Origin: a virus
Strand: one strand, 5' to 3'
Length of the DNA: 47,420 bases
Virus record (IMG/VR): IMGVR_UViG_3300049728_000011
Span: 1-47,420 of that record
In this document: piece after piece, positions 16,049 to 25,005 of the stretch
Layout of the letters: each line of letters opens with the position of its first letter
How positions within the stretch are numbered: position 1 is the first letter of the stretch
Program-made: the position numbers and the translations under genes
The notes under the pieces: generated by a model
Databases searched by the model: none
The model's input: the letters and a program-made list of their open reading frames with translations, nothing else
What the model was told of the DNA's origin: nothing

Positions 16049-16960
16049 TTAAGCCTTGTTCTCTTGATTTAACAACTCGGCGGCACGCATCGCAACTCGC
16101 TGCGTCGGGTATTGGCGTATGCCATCTTGTTTGCGGTACAACTCCACACCACCTTGAGCATCGGTGCGCATAACAACCCACGCGTCATTCAACGCGGTAG
16201 GCGCGGCTGCCCACTCCCCCCACTCCGGGGTTGAAGCTTGCGCGGCTTTGTTCGCTTCGTTGAGTTCGTTTGCTTTATCGCGGGCTTCAGTGGCGTACCT
16301 ATAAAGCACGTACCCCGCGCCCTCTTCGTAAGCTTGATAGTTACCATTTTCGTCGTATCTGCGCACAGCATGCTCACCAATAGCTACAGGCCAAACCGCC
16401 CAAGGTCCCCACTCCGGATCATCGTCTTGTGACAGCGCAGGTTGTTCTAGCGGCGCTGTGTTGCTTTCTTGCTGGTTCAGTTCTTTTGCGCGCTGTTGGG
16501 CATCTCGCCACAAGCGCCAAGTGCGAATCTTTGAGTTCTCGTCACAATCGTATTGGCGAACCCGCGTATTGCCGTTGTGTCTGCGGTTTACTACAAACCC
16601 GTCTACACCTTGCATTGTATCTGCGTACCACATACTAACCAGCAGCCGCTCGCCGCCCGGCGCGTATTCCGGTTCGGGCGCAATCCCGATAGGTGCAACT
16701 GGTGCTGTCAAACGATCCTCTACTAACTTGGCGTAGCCTGCGATGTCGTGCCAGTTATCGGCGTAGGTCGGATCGCCCGACAAGATGCGCGATGCTTTGT
16801 CACAGATAACATCAAGCGCTTGCTGCATGTCATGATCAAGCCGCACCCAACTGTCGGAACTGCGCAACACGCCTTTCAGACTTTGCGCAGTAGCTGCATT
16901 TTCGGCAAACGTCCCGTAGCGTTGGCCACGTTGCTTAAGTGTTTCGTTGATATCGGTCAT
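16049..16960 (-). CDS. Hypothetical protein: DUF6378-like N-terminal domain plus three internal repeat modules
   Basis: The N-terminal RGQRYGTF...ICDKASRI...DIAGYA pattern recalls DUF6378 (from memory). The motif PEWG(P/E)W recurs, and each module ends in A.ELNQ. Confidence 0.7.
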   Translation of the reverse strand: MTDINETLKQRGQRYGTFAENAATAQSLKGVLRSSDSWVRLDHDMQQALDVICDKASRILSGDPTYADNWHDIAGYAKLVEDRLTAPVAPIGIAPEPEYAPGGERLLVSMWYADTMQGVDGFVVNRRHNGNTRVRQYDCDENSKIRTWRLWRDAQQRAKELNQQESNTAPLEQPALSQDDDPEWGPWAVWPVAIGEHAVRRYDENGNYQAYEEGAGYVLYRYATEARDKANELNEANKAAQASTPEWGEWAAAPTALNDAWVVMRTDAQGGVELYRKQDGIRQYPTQRVAMRAAELLNQENKA

Positions 16961-16992
16961 TTATTCCTCACTGTTTAGGTTTGTGTAAGTCT

Positions 16993-17020
16993 ATTGTAAC
17001 GTACTTTACGGGTTTGTCAA
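16993..17020 (-). promoter_or_regulatory. Promoter candidate TTGACA-16-TACAAT upstream of 16049-16960
   Basis: On the minus strand the -35 is at 17015-17020, overlapping the polymerase stop, and the -10 is at 16993-16998. Confidence 0.45.
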
Positions 17021-18987
17021 TCTTTTCGCCATTGGTCGTTAGTATAGCCTTCAGCGTTTAGCGGCAGTCCGGGAGCCCATGACGGGGCTATGCGCATGCG
17101 GTCTTTCAGTTGTTCGAGTCGCAGCGCGGCACGTTCTTTCGGCACTTCCATCACAATCTGGTCGTAGACGTGGTGTACGATGCGTTCGGCTTGTTCAACG
17201 TCCAGCATGATCTCCCAAAAGAAGTCACGCGCAAGCCCTTGTGTCATGTTGTTCGACAGGATTTTACGATCCAGGGTCTCTACATAACCCTCGGGTTTGT
17301 CGTATATCGCAACCGGCGCAGACGCACCGGGATCAAGGTGCAGCCGGGCGTTGTGGTAGCTGATTGCGCGGCCTGACGGGAGGCGCATACGCAGCGCCGA
17401 ATCATCACGCACAAACACCACTTTCGCGCAGAACCCCCTACCAATGGGCATCTCTACCTCGCGCCCCGGTTGGTCAAGGGCTATCAATGCACAATATTCC
17501 AGCACCGACCACCAGCGTTCAAGCATAGGGTGGCCTGCCCGGTATTTATAGACGATATCGTCTACCTGTTCAGAGGGCAAATGCACGCCGTAGTTGCCTG
17601 CCATACTGACAAACGCGCCCGCGCCGCCGCCGTATTGCAAGGCTAATCGAACCACCTTGCCAATCTGCCGTTGATCCTTACTCACTTCTTCGTAAGCAAT
17701 GTCGAATATGCTACTCGCTTCGACTTTGTAACCGTCAATGTTGCGTTCAAACTCGGTCAGCATATCTTCATCGTTAGCAATCCACGGGCCTAACCGTGCT
17801 TCAATACCCGACAAGTCAGCGTCCACAAGCGTATGGCCCGGCCATGTGGCGCGGAAAAGGGGGCGCTGTGCATCTGCTAGCGCGGCCAGCATCGGGCCAT
17901 GCTCCGGTGCAGACAGGTACGCAACATCTTTGCGTTTGATAGCGTCAATGAATGCTTCGCACTGTTCCGCGGACTTGCCCGGCCTAGGGCGCGCAATGTT
18001 GAGTAGTTGCACGCCACCGGCACCGCGTGCGGTCGAACGGCCCGACAACGCGCCGTAGGGAATCGTTGAATGTCGTATCCGCCCACCAACATGCGCGCGC
18101 ACGATCGCTGCGGATTTCTTAGGGGCGCGGGAAGCGTCAAGGCGCAGCGCTAACACTTCACGTAAGTCGGTAGGCAGGTCGTCGCGCTTGGTCAGCGTCT
18201 TGATAGCCTCTTTGCTCGCATCGTCCATGTCGACGTCGTAATTCGTCGCAAACTCTTTAATCTTCGCAATCTCAGTTACCGCTAACACGCCACCTTTGGT
18301 CAACACTGTGATCTGATAGTCGAGCTGCGCCTCTGCGAGTGTCTTCAATTCTTCCATACACCGGGCGGCCTCTACATCAGCGCCAAACCCGCGAGCGTTG
18401 ATTTTCATATCAAGCTCAAAGAATGCCTGTTCACGCGCAGGCACGGGCTGCGTAGCACGGGCTAAACCGATCATGGCGTCAGTGTCAGTCACTGCATACT
18501 GATACATCCGGGCAAACTCGGCGGGGTGGGTTTGTGGAGTCCAATCCGGGTGCTTGGCAATTTCTTTCATCACTTTGCCCCCCTCCACATCCTTGCGGAT
18601 CGGCAAACCCATTGCATCGCATGCCCCCTCCAACGAACCGGGCAAACCGTTGTAGCGCGCACGAAACGCAGTGCAACGAACTTGTTCGATCTTGATCTGG
18701 GGTACGTCCTGATAGTACGCGCTAAGTACGGTATTCCAAATGTGAAAGTCAAACGGCGCATTGTGCGCCCAGAATTCGCCACCGAACTTGATATGCGCAA
18801 CCACATCAGCAGGTAACGGTTGACCGAATTCCCACAGCGCGGTTTGCGTCATGTTTGACAAGCGGTACGTAAAACACGTCGGGCGCGTAGTGGGATCGTT
18901 TAGATAGCGATCTAGCCCCTCGGAGGGTAGATCGCACAGACTGGTTGTCTCAAAGTCCAGCCACAAAGCGCGGTCAAATTCGTTCAT
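17017..18987 (-). CDS. DNA polymerase, family A, with an N-terminal 3'-5' exonuclease domain
   Basis: Exo I-like LDFETTS, and pol motifs LVDADLSGIEARL and RQIGKVVRLALQYGGG. 656 aa. Confidence 0.93.
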   Translation of the reverse strand: MNEFDRALWLDFETTSLCDLPSEGLDRYLNDPTTRPTCFTYRLSNMTQTALWEFGQPLPADVVAHIKFGGEFWAHNAPFDFHIWNTVLSAYYQDVPQIKIEQVRCTAFRARYNGLPGSLEGACDAMGLPIRKDVEGGKVMKEIAKHPDWTPQTHPAEFARMYQYAVTDTDAMIGLARATQPVPAREQAFFELDMKINARGFGADVEAARCMEELKTLAEAQLDYQITVLTKGGVLAVTEIAKIKEFATNYDVDMDDASKEAIKTLTKRDDLPTDLREVLALRLDASRAPKKSAAIVRAHVGGRIRHSTIPYGALSGRSTARGAGGVQLLNIARPRPGKSAEQCEAFIDAIKRKDVAYLSAPEHGPMLAALADAQRPLFRATWPGHTLVDADLSGIEARLGPWIANDEDMLTEFERNIDGYKVEASSIFDIAYEEVSKDQRQIGKVVRLALQYGGGAGAFVSMAGNYGVHLPSEQVDDIVYKYRAGHPMLERWWSVLEYCALIALDQPGREVEMPIGRGFCAKVVFVRDDSALRMRLPSGRAISYHNARLHLDPGASAPVAIYDKPEGYVETLDRKILSNNMTQGLARDFFWEIMLDVEQAERIVHHVYDQIVMEVPKERAALRLEQLKDRMRIAPSWAPGLPLNAEGYTNDQWRKD

Positions 18988-19178
18988 TGCTTAACCTTGA
19001 ACAAGAATGCAATAAACCCATACGACATAAACAACAATCCCGCCCCTGCGCAAGATAGCAAAGCAAGCAGCAGATAGGACGGGACAATGCCCGCTAACAT
19101 AAGCGCAGCGGTACCGCAGCCGAAGCAAGCAACGGCGAGCACGAGCCGCACGGCGACTAATAAACAATTTGCAAACAT
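18984..19178 (-). CDS. Small two-pass membrane protein
   Basis: 64 aa and almost entirely hydrophobic. It is ATGA-coupled to the polymerase gene. Confidence 0.5.
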   Translation of the reverse strand: MFANCLLVAVRLVLAVACFGCGTAALMLAGIVPSYLLLALLSCAGAGLLFMSYGFIAFLFKVKQ

Positions 19179-19187
19179 GACATTCTC

Positions 19188-21029
19188 CTATTTGTAATCG
19201 GGATCATAACGGAAAGATACTAATTGTTCATCACGAACAAAACGTATCTCAGTTAAAAAGATACGTCCATCTTCGTATTTTGTCAAGGTAATGTCAGTAG
19301 GTTTAGGGAGCATGTCCCGCGTCAGCAACACGCGGTAAGCCTCACTCGGCAGGCGTTGCCCGGTAGCTGCCTCATAATATTTACGTGCTTGCGCAAAGAA
19401 TTTGTTATCGGCCGTGGTGCGGTCAAAATCGAGTTGTAGCCGGTACGCGCCGTAGTCGGTCTCGAATGTAAAGTTAAGCACGCTGTTTCCTGCGGGTTCG
19501 ATCTGCATTGCATATACTTCTAGTGTACGCGTCTCTTTGCACACCTCGTCACGCAGCACCACGTTATCCTCATCATGGATGTCATAGCTGTCAGCGTCAC
19601 CCATGCCACGAGGCCCACGCTCCCCGCGCTGGCACAAACCTAGAAAGCCTTGGCGGGGCCTTCCGCACTGACGGCACGTTAAATGCTCCGCGTCGTTGAG
19701 ATAGCCGCAGCCTTCTGCGCCCTCGTCCAGCAAACCCAGCAAGACGCGCATATCAGGCTGTTCGGCGGGTGAGTTGACGGGAAAGCGCAGCGAGGAACGT
19801 TCCCGCGCTACGGTAGTGATAACGCCGCCAAGCTCGTCACGCCTTGGCGGTGTTTGTATCGTCTGGTCGGTGCATTCCCACAAGCCCACGCGAGAATCAC
19901 CGCTTGTCACGTCTTTGTTAATCGGCCCGTGGCGCACAAAGTTGCCGCCAGCGTCGAGCACGAGACAATTATCTTTGCCCGGATAAGGGCGAAACCCGCG
20001 CCCGACAATTTGCCGCCACAGCACGAGGGATCGCGTTGGCCGGTAGCAGACGATGCAATCCACGAATTTAGCGTTAAAGCCCGTCGTCAGCATGGCCACA
20101 CTGACTATATGCCGGTGCTTCTTCTTGAGGTATTCGTCGATACCGACGACGCGTTCATTCTTTTCCAGTTCGCCGTGGATAATGACCGACGACTCCCCCG
20201 CTTCGCACAGCGCATTATGAATCATGCGCGCATGTTCGATATTGACCGCAAAGTGCATAAAATGCTTACGATCGGGCGCGTTGTCCAACGCTACCGCGAC
20301 GCATTCCCGCGTTATCTCCATCGCGACGCGTGCTAATTCTGCTTCGTCAAAGTCGCCGCCCTTGGTCTTAACGTTGCTCGTATCGATCTGCGGGAAACGA
20401 ATGGACGGTGCGACGATAGGGGATATGTAACCCTCGCGTACTAGACGATTGAAGTTGCGCCCGGAAGTTAAGTCGTACACCACGGACGAGAACAACCCGC
20501 ACTGCGTCAGTGGTACGACTTTCAAACCCTTCATGACAAAGGGAGTAGCAGTCAGTCCGATAAAGCGCACGTTGGGGCGCAACACGCGCAGCCCGTCCAC
20601 AATCGCCTTTGCGGTTTTCAAGTCGATATTAAACGTGTGCGCTTCGTCAATGAGCACATAATCAACCGGCCCAAAACGTTTTACCTGCCGCGACACAGAT
20701 TGCGGCGAGCCGATGATGATCTGCGACATCCGATCTTTCATGTTCAGACCGGCGCAGTACACACCAAGCCGCGCAGTCAGTGCGGGCGCGATGAAACCCA
20801 CTGCTTCGTCAACGTTCTGCTTCACCAATTCCATCGATGGCGCAAGCGACAAAATACGGGCGTTTGGGGTAATTTGTAACAGTCGCTCAATTAGCATCGC
20901 GTTAATTAACGCCTTGCCGCCCCCCGTCACGATAGCCGCTACCGGGTGTACATTGTCTGCAATGCGCATTGACTCGATAACAGCGTCTACCGCCTCCGCT
21001 TGATACCAGCGAGGTTCTAGTGTAGCCAT
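19188..21029 (-). CDS. SF2 DEAH-box helicase with a C-terminal zinc ribbon
   Basis: Helicase motifs VTGGGKA, LIDEAH, GLTATP and QIVGRGFR, with C...CRQC in the C-terminal extension. Confidence 0.92.
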   Translation of the reverse strand: MATLEPRWYQAEAVDAVIESMRIADNVHPVAAIVTGGGKALINAMLIERLLQITPNARILSLAPSMELVKQNVDEAVGFIAPALTARLGVYCAGLNMKDRMSQIIIGSPQSVSRQVKRFGPVDYVLIDEAHTFNIDLKTAKAIVDGLRVLRPNVRFIGLTATPFVMKGLKVVPLTQCGLFSSVVYDLTSGRNFNRLVREGYISPIVAPSIRFPQIDTSNVKTKGGDFDEAELARVAMEITRECVAVALDNAPDRKHFMHFAVNIEHARMIHNALCEAGESSVIIHGELEKNERVVGIDEYLKKKHRHIVSVAMLTTGFNAKFVDCIVCYRPTRSLVLWRQIVGRGFRPYPGKDNCLVLDAGGNFVRHGPINKDVTSGDSRVGLWECTDQTIQTPPRRDELGGVITTVARERSSLRFPVNSPAEQPDMRVLLGLLDEGAEGCGYLNDAEHLTCRQCGRPRQGFLGLCQRGERGPRGMGDADSYDIHDEDNVVLRDEVCKETRTLEVYAMQIEPAGNSVLNFTFETDYGAYRLQLDFDRTTADNKFFAQARKYYEAATGQRLPSEAYRVLLTRDMLPKPTDITLTKYEDGRIFLTEIRFVRDEQLVSFRYDPDYK

Positions 21030-21091
21030 AATGTAAGTTAAATCTGAGTGGGAATATAAGTTATTGTAACAGATTTGTCGATCATGGTCAG

Positions 21092-21388
21092 CTATTTCGG
21101 TAGGTAAGGTGCAGTGTCAGGATTCAATTCGAACACTTCGCGAATAACGTCTATCGGGTAGGCGCGCTCAGTCGCCCATGGTTTGTCTGGTGTCGGGCGC
21201 TCTGTCCACGCGCCTTGTCGCACGCGACAAACGAACGAGCAATCTTTACCGAGTCTGGACAGTAGCTTGACAGGCACCGGCTGCGGGCAGGTCAGGAACC
21301 TGCTAGCCTCTTCGACGGTGTAGTTTTCATCGGGTTTGCCATTGATGTCGATTCGAAGATTAAATAAGTGCTGGATTGGGTTAGCCAT
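21092..21388 (-). CDS. Hypothetical protein
   Basis: ORF in the replication block. ATG 21388 (MANPIQ) is preferred over the track start at 21400. Confidence 0.6.
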   Translation of the reverse strand: MANPIQHLFNLRIDINGKPDENYTVEEASRFLTCPQPVPVKLLSRLGKDCSFVCRVRQGAWTERPTPDKPWATERAYPIDVIREVFELNPDTAPYLPK

Positions 21389-21707
21389 GCTTGACCTCAT
21401 CCAGCAACGCGATTAGCGCATCGGCGCATTCTGCGGCGGCTTCGGCATAATCAACCGGCGTACCCGTCGGAGGACCCGCCAGTAAACCTTGTAAAGCCGC
21501 TGTTGCTATACGTTCGCGCCGTTCGCGTATTTTGTCATCTAGTTGCTGTGCGAACTTGCTGCCAGCGATGCGGCGCACGCGGGTAAGGTAGTCGTAATCA
21601 GCTTCGGCATACTCACGTGTAAGCGACGCGCCGTACATTGAACGTATCGCAACGTCGAGTTGTGCGCCGCCCAACGTGTCAAGATAAGCATCAGATAATT
21701 TAGTCAT
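21381..21707 (-). CDS. Hypothetical protein
   Basis: 108-aa ORF preceded by the 20-nt AACTCGGAGTTACGGAAATG initiation region, which also recurs at 21951-21970. Confidence 0.65.
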   Translation of the reverse strand: MTKLSDAYLDTLGGAQLDVAIRSMYGASLTREYAEADYDYLTRVRRIAGSKFAQQLDDKIRERRERIATAALQGLLAGPPTGTPVDYAEAAAECADALIALLDEVKHG

Positions 21708-21731
21708 TTCCGTAACTCCGAGTTTGCCGGT

Positions 21732-21953
21732 TCATTCTGGTTTCTTTGCGAGACCGCGCCAGCCCTGCACAGTGCCGTCGTAGCATTGCCTGCTCCGGTC
21801 TTTCCGAAACATGTAACAAAAGTCTATGGTAGGCATAGTCAGACCCCAATAAAGACCGCTCCAATACGCGTATGCTAAGACATTCCCTTCCACTCGATAT
21901 ACGCCTACGTGGACGGGCGCGACTGACATGGGAAATATTGGTGTTAGTTTCAT
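21732..21953 (-). CDS. Hypothetical small protein
   Basis: 73-aa ORF, ATGA-coupled to the primase-helicase stop. Confidence 0.6.
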   Translation of the reverse strand: MKLTPIFPMSVAPVHVGVYRVEGNVLAYAYWSGLYWGLTMPTIDFCYMFRKDRSRQCYDGTVQGWRGLAKKPE

Positions 21954-24439
21954 TTCCGTAACTCCGAGTTAAAGGGATTGTTAAGTGGAAGTGTAACCAC
22001 TTTGTCGGAAATGTCAATAAATGTTTCTGGTGCGTTGTAGTAGCGCATGCCCATTCCATCCTTGCCAACTGTCCACCCGCGAGCAATTAACCACTGCGAT
22101 ATTTCCTTTGCAGCGAATCTTCGGCCAGTGACCAAGGTGTCGAGTGCTAAGCGCAGCGCTGACGATTGGACGCGGCGTTTCTCATTGAGCGCAATCTGTT
22201 GGCGCAGGATGCCCGGTAGCAGGTCGTCCAAATCAGACAACGGGATACCGTCGCCACGTAACATAGCATCATTGTTGTATTCAAACACGGCGCGGGATGC
22301 TGCATTAGCGATGGCATAGTATTTGCTTTCATCTTCGCAGAAGCATCTCTTTGCCTCAGCCAATATCTGCCGCGCTTCAACCGACCAATTGTCAGACAGA
22401 CTGCCGCGTGCGAACACCGGATAGAAACGCCGGTTGCCAGTTTCGTCCCGATTCGTTTCGTACTTGTTTGCTGTGCCAAACGGCACAAAGCGGCGCGGGT
22501 GCGCTTCTTCGTGCTTCTCGTAGGGTTTGCGGTACACGTCATTATCATCTGTCACCCAGCGCTTGATTTCGTCTGCGTCGCGCTTGTTCAGCCCGGACAT
22601 TTCCGCGAGTTCGCAAATAACAGATCGCGCTGCTGCCATGGACATGCGCCGGTCTTCTGAGAACGCAACAGATGCGGGTGAAGGCGCTCCTAACGCTTTA
22701 GCTATCTCCCCTACGAAACGACTTTTACCAATACCTTGCCGACCTATCAATACAGGGACGACCGGGGCCGTAATGCCGGGTTTGAGCTGGCGCATGATGA
22801 TTGCCGCAAAAAACGCTTTAGAAACGATTGGAAGTGCTGGGGCGGGTTCCGCATCAAACGCGTCAATAAAAACGCTCTGAAGGCGCTCTACGCCATCCCA
22901 AACGGGTAAATTCAACACAGCGTCTTTCCACGGATCGCGCCGGTTCATATCTGCAAGGGCTTCTATTGCTCTTTCGACAATACCCGGCGTGACGTTGGCG
23001 CAGCCGATACGTGATAAGGCTTCGACTAGCCTGCCCACGGTCGGCACGTCTTGCGTGTCGGCCATGGTGGTGCAAACGTCAAAAACAGGAAGTGCATCAA
23101 TTTCGCGCAGCAGCAGTTCCAGACCGTGCATGACGTTCACGAAGGGCGCGGCTTTCTTCGTGGGTTCGGGGTACTCAACCAAGCCGCATAGTTTCTCCGC
23201 GGCTAAGTCCAGTGGGCTAGCAAGGTCGGCAGCAGACGCATTGGTAAATGCAAAGAACTCCTGCAACTTGTGGGACCACACGCCGGGCGTGTCGCCCATA
23301 CGCACAATCTCGGCTTTTGTGGTCAACTTGTCCGACATGTCAGGACGCCATGTATCGAACGGGTCAGCGCAATGCTTGCCCAGTGCGTCAGCAAGGTTTG
23401 AGAGCACTTGTTCAACCGTCACAAACCCGACGCCTGCAACGTACAGGGTCCACGATTTCGGGAGTGCCTTGTCACCTAGCGCACGCGTAGCGAGCAGCCC
23501 GTACCGCTCGCCTTGTTGCGGGTCTAAGCCTGCGGCTATCGCATTTTGTTTTTGATAGTCAATAGCTATCGTCTTGGCTTCCCTGCGTCGCGCATTCTTT
23601 GCGTTGCGCACGGCGGTAGCGAAACGGCGCTCTTCGATTTCACGAACAGCGGGTAGCAACTGCGCGTCAAGCATCCCTTCAGCGGTGCGGTATTTAGTCG
23701 GTGCGCCGAGTACTTGCGGGGGGCGCTCCACAAAACGTTGCTCAAAGGGAACCTCGCGGATCACGTCACCGACCAAGACCGGGTTTGCTTCGAACATCAA
23801 GCGCGAAGGCTGGTAGACCAGTGAATCGGACAATTGCCGGGTAAGTAGCGCGCCTGACTTTGAAATTTTGATATGCCCCCGTCCCGCAGCCCATTGCTCG
23901 ATCTGCATACGCTTCGCTAGCGCGGGGATATCCGTACCCCGCGTGACGGCAACGTAGACGTGTACGCCGCGTAACCCCCGCCCGGCTACGAACGACGACG
24001 ACGAAGGGCGCGCAACCCGGTGAACGTGCGCGAGCCATGGTGAACATGCTTCCAGTGCGTCTAGCACGGCCTCGGGCGATTGAAAGCCATCCCCTTCCAC
24101 GTCTACGTCAATCGGGAACAATGCAGGGCCATAAGGAAACACAAACCCCTCATTGGTGCGCGCTACTGCGTCGTGTCGGAAATCTGCCCCGGCGCGGGTG
24201 GTTAGGAGCGTGTCGCCTACAGCAGGGATACCGCACGTAATCGCTTGGTTCGACGTGAGCAAATCCAGTAACAGCCGCAATGCCGACAAGTTGGGCAGCG
24301 TCACAATACGCGCCGTGCCTTCTGTCATGTGCGCAATGGCCGTGCTTTCTACTGCGTCAGCGTCGTTTCGTTTGAATGTCTTAGTGAGTTCGCAATTCGT
24401 CGCAGTGATCTGCGCGAACTGGATGTTGGTTATCTGCAT
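21950..24439 (-). CDS. Primase-helicase (VirE / D5-like P-loop NTPase with a large N-terminal domain)
   Basis: 829 aa with Walker A LIGRQGIGKS. The C-terminal half resembles VirE-family phage primase-helicases. It is the first gene leftward of hub copy B. Confidence 0.85.
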   Translation of the reverse strand: MQITNIQFAQITATNCELTKTFKRNDADAVESTAIAHMTEGTARIVTLPNLSALRLLLDLLTSNQAITCGIPAVGDTLLTTRAGADFRHDAVARTNEGFVFPYGPALFPIDVDVEGDGFQSPEAVLDALEACSPWLAHVHRVARPSSSSFVAGRGLRGVHVYVAVTRGTDIPALAKRMQIEQWAAGRGHIKISKSGALLTRQLSDSLVYQPSRLMFEANPVLVGDVIREVPFEQRFVERPPQVLGAPTKYRTAEGMLDAQLLPAVREIEERRFATAVRNAKNARRREAKTIAIDYQKQNAIAAGLDPQQGERYGLLATRALGDKALPKSWTLYVAGVGFVTVEQVLSNLADALGKHCADPFDTWRPDMSDKLTTKAEIVRMGDTPGVWSHKLQEFFAFTNASAADLASPLDLAAEKLCGLVEYPEPTKKAAPFVNVMHGLELLLREIDALPVFDVCTTMADTQDVPTVGRLVEALSRIGCANVTPGIVERAIEALADMNRRDPWKDAVLNLPVWDGVERLQSVFIDAFDAEPAPALPIVSKAFFAAIIMRQLKPGITAPVVPVLIGRQGIGKSRFVGEIAKALGAPSPASVAFSEDRRMSMAAARSVICELAEMSGLNKRDADEIKRWVTDDNDVYRKPYEKHEEAHPRRFVPFGTANKYETNRDETGNRRFYPVFARGSLSDNWSVEARQILAEAKRCFCEDESKYYAIANAASRAVFEYNNDAMLRGDGIPLSDLDDLLPGILRQQIALNEKRRVQSSALRLALDTLVTGRRFAAKEISQWLIARGWTVGKDGMGMRYYNAPETFIDISDKVVTLPLNNPFNSELRK

Positions 24440-24554
24440 GTGTTTTCCTGATTATTCGAATTTGAACCAGCTAGTGTCATGTTGTGTCTTTCTTAAGGAA
24501 AAGTAAAATTTGAAAAAACTATCAACTGACCGTGATCGATAGCTATTCGATACA

Positions 24555-24942
24555 TTGCCGTAAAGAAAGGTACGGAGGGACGGAGTACGGAGGAAGGTTT
24601 TTGAGACCCTGTATACTTTGCGAAAGTAGTAATAAGTACCCTACTTATTACTACTTTCTTCATCCAGTGCTTATATAGTAACTCTGTATTCTCCTTCTGT
24701 ATTTATTATATATTATTAATATTTTATTTAACTACTATACTAAGAAACAGCTACAGAATGCGGGTTGTAGGCTTATTCAAAAGTACGGAGGGAGATAGTT
24801 GTCAAAATACTACTCCCTCCGTACTTCTGTAAAATCCATGTTGCAGCGCACAATAAATAATTAACACTCTGACAACAGAGTACGGAGGGAGAAACCCTCT
24901 CCTGCCGTGCCGGTACGGAAGCTACTGCAAATGAAATAAGTC
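24555..24942. repeat. Hub repeat copy B (388 bp, non-coding) between the primase-helicase start and the nuclease start
   Basis: Direct-orientation copy of 47169-47293 plus 1-263. Boxes lie at 24570-24580, 24585-24595, 24783-24794, 24813-24824 (inverted), 24880-24891 and 24913-24921, and the palindrome stem is 24622-24638 pairing with 24642-24658. Confidence 0.85.
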
Positions 24943-25005
24943 CAAACTTTACTATTCCTTTAGATTGTACTAAGATGAGCGCACCTACAACACAAAGGAG
25001 CAAAC

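Noticed and set aside
21700-22086. 128-aa ORF overlapping 21732-21953 and the 3' end of the primase-helicase gene.
   Set aside because: It is an alternative frame that spans two better-supported coupled genes, and it has no initiation signal.
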